Shown here: positions 61,862-64,000 of the stretch, in pieces
Numbering within the stretch: the first letter of the stretch is position 1
How the letters are laid out: each line of letters starts with the position of its first letter
Assembly (NCBI GenBank): GCA_028826165.1
Contig: JAPDFW010000079.1
Location: 1 to 64,000 of the forward strand
DNA from: Anaeramoeba ignava BMAN
Taxonomy: Eukaryota > Protista > Anaeramoebae
Direction of reading: 5' to 3'
Length of the DNA: 64,000 bases
Notes under the pieces: generated by a model
Databases searched by the model: none
The model's input: only the letters and a program-made list of their open reading frames with translations
Told to the model about the DNA's origin: nothing
Translations under genes and position numbers: made by a program

Positions 61862-63770
61862 TTAATTATTATCATCAGAATCGCCATCAAAATCCAGAAT
61901 TTCATTTTCATAATCATTTTGAAAATTAAAAGTTGAATTTTCATTTTGATTTTTTTCATTTTGATTTTTTTCATTTAAATTTTTCATTTTGATTTTTCAT
62001 TTTGATTTTTTAAATTTTGATTTTCATTTTCATTTTGATTTTGATTTTGATTTAAATTTTCATTTTGATTTTGATTTTGATTTTCATTTAAATTTTCATT
62101 TTGATTTTTTTCAGAAACCCAACTTAATTTTAATTCATGAACATCTTTAAATAATCCTGGTTCATTAAATGCTAATTCAGCTACTCTTCTATTTGAAAAA
62201 TGAAGAATAAATTCATTTTCATTTGAAATTTCAATTTTTAATTTTGGATCAAAATAAATAAAATGAGCCAAAATTTCTTGTTTTAATTGCTCTCTATTAT
62301 TTTCCTTTTCAAAATCGCCAATATTTTCAATCAATAAAGGATTTGGGTCTGTTATCAACACTGAGTAATTCTTTTCTGTTTATAAAATTTCTTTGAGATT
62401 CTGTTTGTGAGAATTTTCTTCTTTGAATTGTTGATTTTTGAAAATAATTCAAAAGTTTTTGGAAAATTATCAATTGATTTTGGAAATAAATTAAATTTTG
62501 TTCTTCTTTTGGTTCTTCATTTTTTGCTGTTATTTTTTGCTCATTTTGAGGGTTTTATTTGCTTTTTTTGTCCAGTTTCATTTCCATCATCTTCCAAAAT
62601 GGGTTTTATAAATTGAATAATTAAATTCAAGTTTTTTTTCAACTTTAATTTTTGTTGGATTTTTTCTTCTGAAATATTTTGGAGTTGAGCTAATAATAAT
62701 TGGTATTTTTTAAGATATTTCTGAACAAATTTAATTTTTTCCATGCGAATTAAAAAGAATCTTTTTTCTGATTCAATTGAATTTTCTTCATTTTCATTTT
62801 CATTTTCATTTTGATTTAAATTTTCATTTTGATTTTGATTTTGATTTTCATTTTCATTTTGATTTGGATTTTCAGAAGAAATATTAGAAGAATTCCAAAA
62901 TAACTTGATAAATCGATTTCCTCCAATTGCTTTTTCAGAATGAAAAGCTTTTTCTGCTTCTTGACGAGTCGAGAACTCAACAAGAGCCGAATCGTCTTCT
63001 TGGTGAATTTGAATACTCTCTATTTTTCCAAATTGAATAAAATGTTTCTGAAGAAAATGTTGATTATTAATTTTCTTTCTGATATTTTTCACCAACAAGC
63101 ATTTAATGGTTGGATCAAATTTTGGGTTCTTTTTTGATTTATAACTTCGATGTAAATTGTTTGTTGAAGAAAACCCAACGGGGAAAGGTTGGTTGTTACT
63201 ATTTTCAAATTTGTTATTTTTTTTATTCGTTTTATTTTGATTTATGTTTTTTTCCTCCTTATTTTTTTTTTGATTGGAAAATTCGCCGTTAGGATTGACA
63301 TTTGGAAACTGAAGATTAAATAAAGATGGTGGATACATTGGGAGATGTTCTTGTGGCGGGATCATTTTGTTATATGGGAATGGTGGCATTGGAGGAATAA
63401 AAGGAGGTATGCTTTGATTTTGTGAAACTTGAAATTGGCCTATTTTGGGATCAATAAAATTCGGGAATTGTAACGGAAAAGGAAATGGATTTTGCACCCG
63501 ATTTTTTTGTCTTCTTGACTTAGTTGTGTTGAGATGCCCCGCAATATCATCATTGTCCTTCTTGTGCTTTCTGTGTCTGCTAGAGTGAGTTGAATACTCG
63601 TTATAATTGCTTTTTGATTCTTGTTTTTTTGATTTTGTTTCATTTGTTAAGTGCTTTCTATCTCTGTCTTGTAATCTGAGATCTGCTTCATTATCTGAGG
63701 ATCCTTCAGATTCTATTATTTCAGTTTCTGAATTTGAAGTTATAATTTTTGATGAATTTTTTTGATTCAT
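61862..63770 (-). CDS. RBM26/RBM27-like RNA-binding protein (two RRMs), frameshifted
   Basis: RRM1 LLVKNI...INN..FL.KHF.QFGKI......SALVEFSTRQEAEKAFHSEKAIGGNRFIKLFW; RRM2 EILAHF...ILHFSNRRVAELAF.....FKDVHELKLSW; Pro-rich region; acidic end. Confidence 0.75.
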
Positions 63771-64000
63771 TTTATTTTTTTAAAAATGAAAAAAATGAAA
63801 AAAATGAAAAAAAAAATTTTTTAATTAATTTTTTTTTTTTAATTAATTAATTTGAATTGATCAACATTTTTTATTCCACTTTTCAATTTTGAAATAAATT
63901 TATAAAAATTTTCTTTTCTTGTTTCTTTTCAATTTTGAAATAATTTATAAAAAATTTCCTTTCTTGTTTTCTTTTCAATTTTGAAATAAATAATTTATAG

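Noticed and set aside
1-64000. Inteins/Hint domains, tRNA/rRNA genes, mobile elements
   Set aside because: No C/S...HN-C/S/T intein signature, RNA gene or transposase/RT motif was recognised by eye.

Overview
This is a very AT-rich, gene-dense eukaryotic window with spliceosomal introns. Composition, (NQ/EN/SK)n low-complexity tracts, BTB/RCC1/TLDc/ankyrin expansions and TCATTT initiator-like promoters suggest an anaerobic metamonad amoeba such as Anaeramoeba (inference). It holds about 20 genes: coronin-7, exosome CSL4, two tandem SK-rich/ankyrin/BTB-BTB paralogs, RCC1-BTB-BTB, CDC20, a two-BRCT protein, two BTB-TLDc genes, NOMO, dynactin Arp10/11 (ACTR10), a multi-C2 CEP76/CC2D2A-like gene, UBE2S, an FG-GAP/FN3 type-I receptor, a SKICH-repeat BTB-BTB gene, an RCC1-like gene, proteasome beta-4, a small coiled-coil ORF, a ferlin and an RBM26/27-like gene. 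Many ORFs are split by single-base homopolymer indels, most likely long-read errors. There are ~145-162 bp AT-rich satellites and repeat-inflated introns. Top findings: (1) a U12-type (minor spliceosome) AT-AC intron in ACTR10 (ATATCCTT...TAC, phase 0, restoring ETRIIP|VYEG); (2) two tandem ankyrin-BTB paralogs whose 23 near-identical repeats are reshuffled from a shared pool of binding-surface variants, part of a modular BTB-BTB adaptor family; (3) oriented tandem TCATTT initiator arrays upstream of most genes; (4) CGTTAA Myb/MSA-like clusters upstream of the mitotic genes CDC20 and UBE2S.
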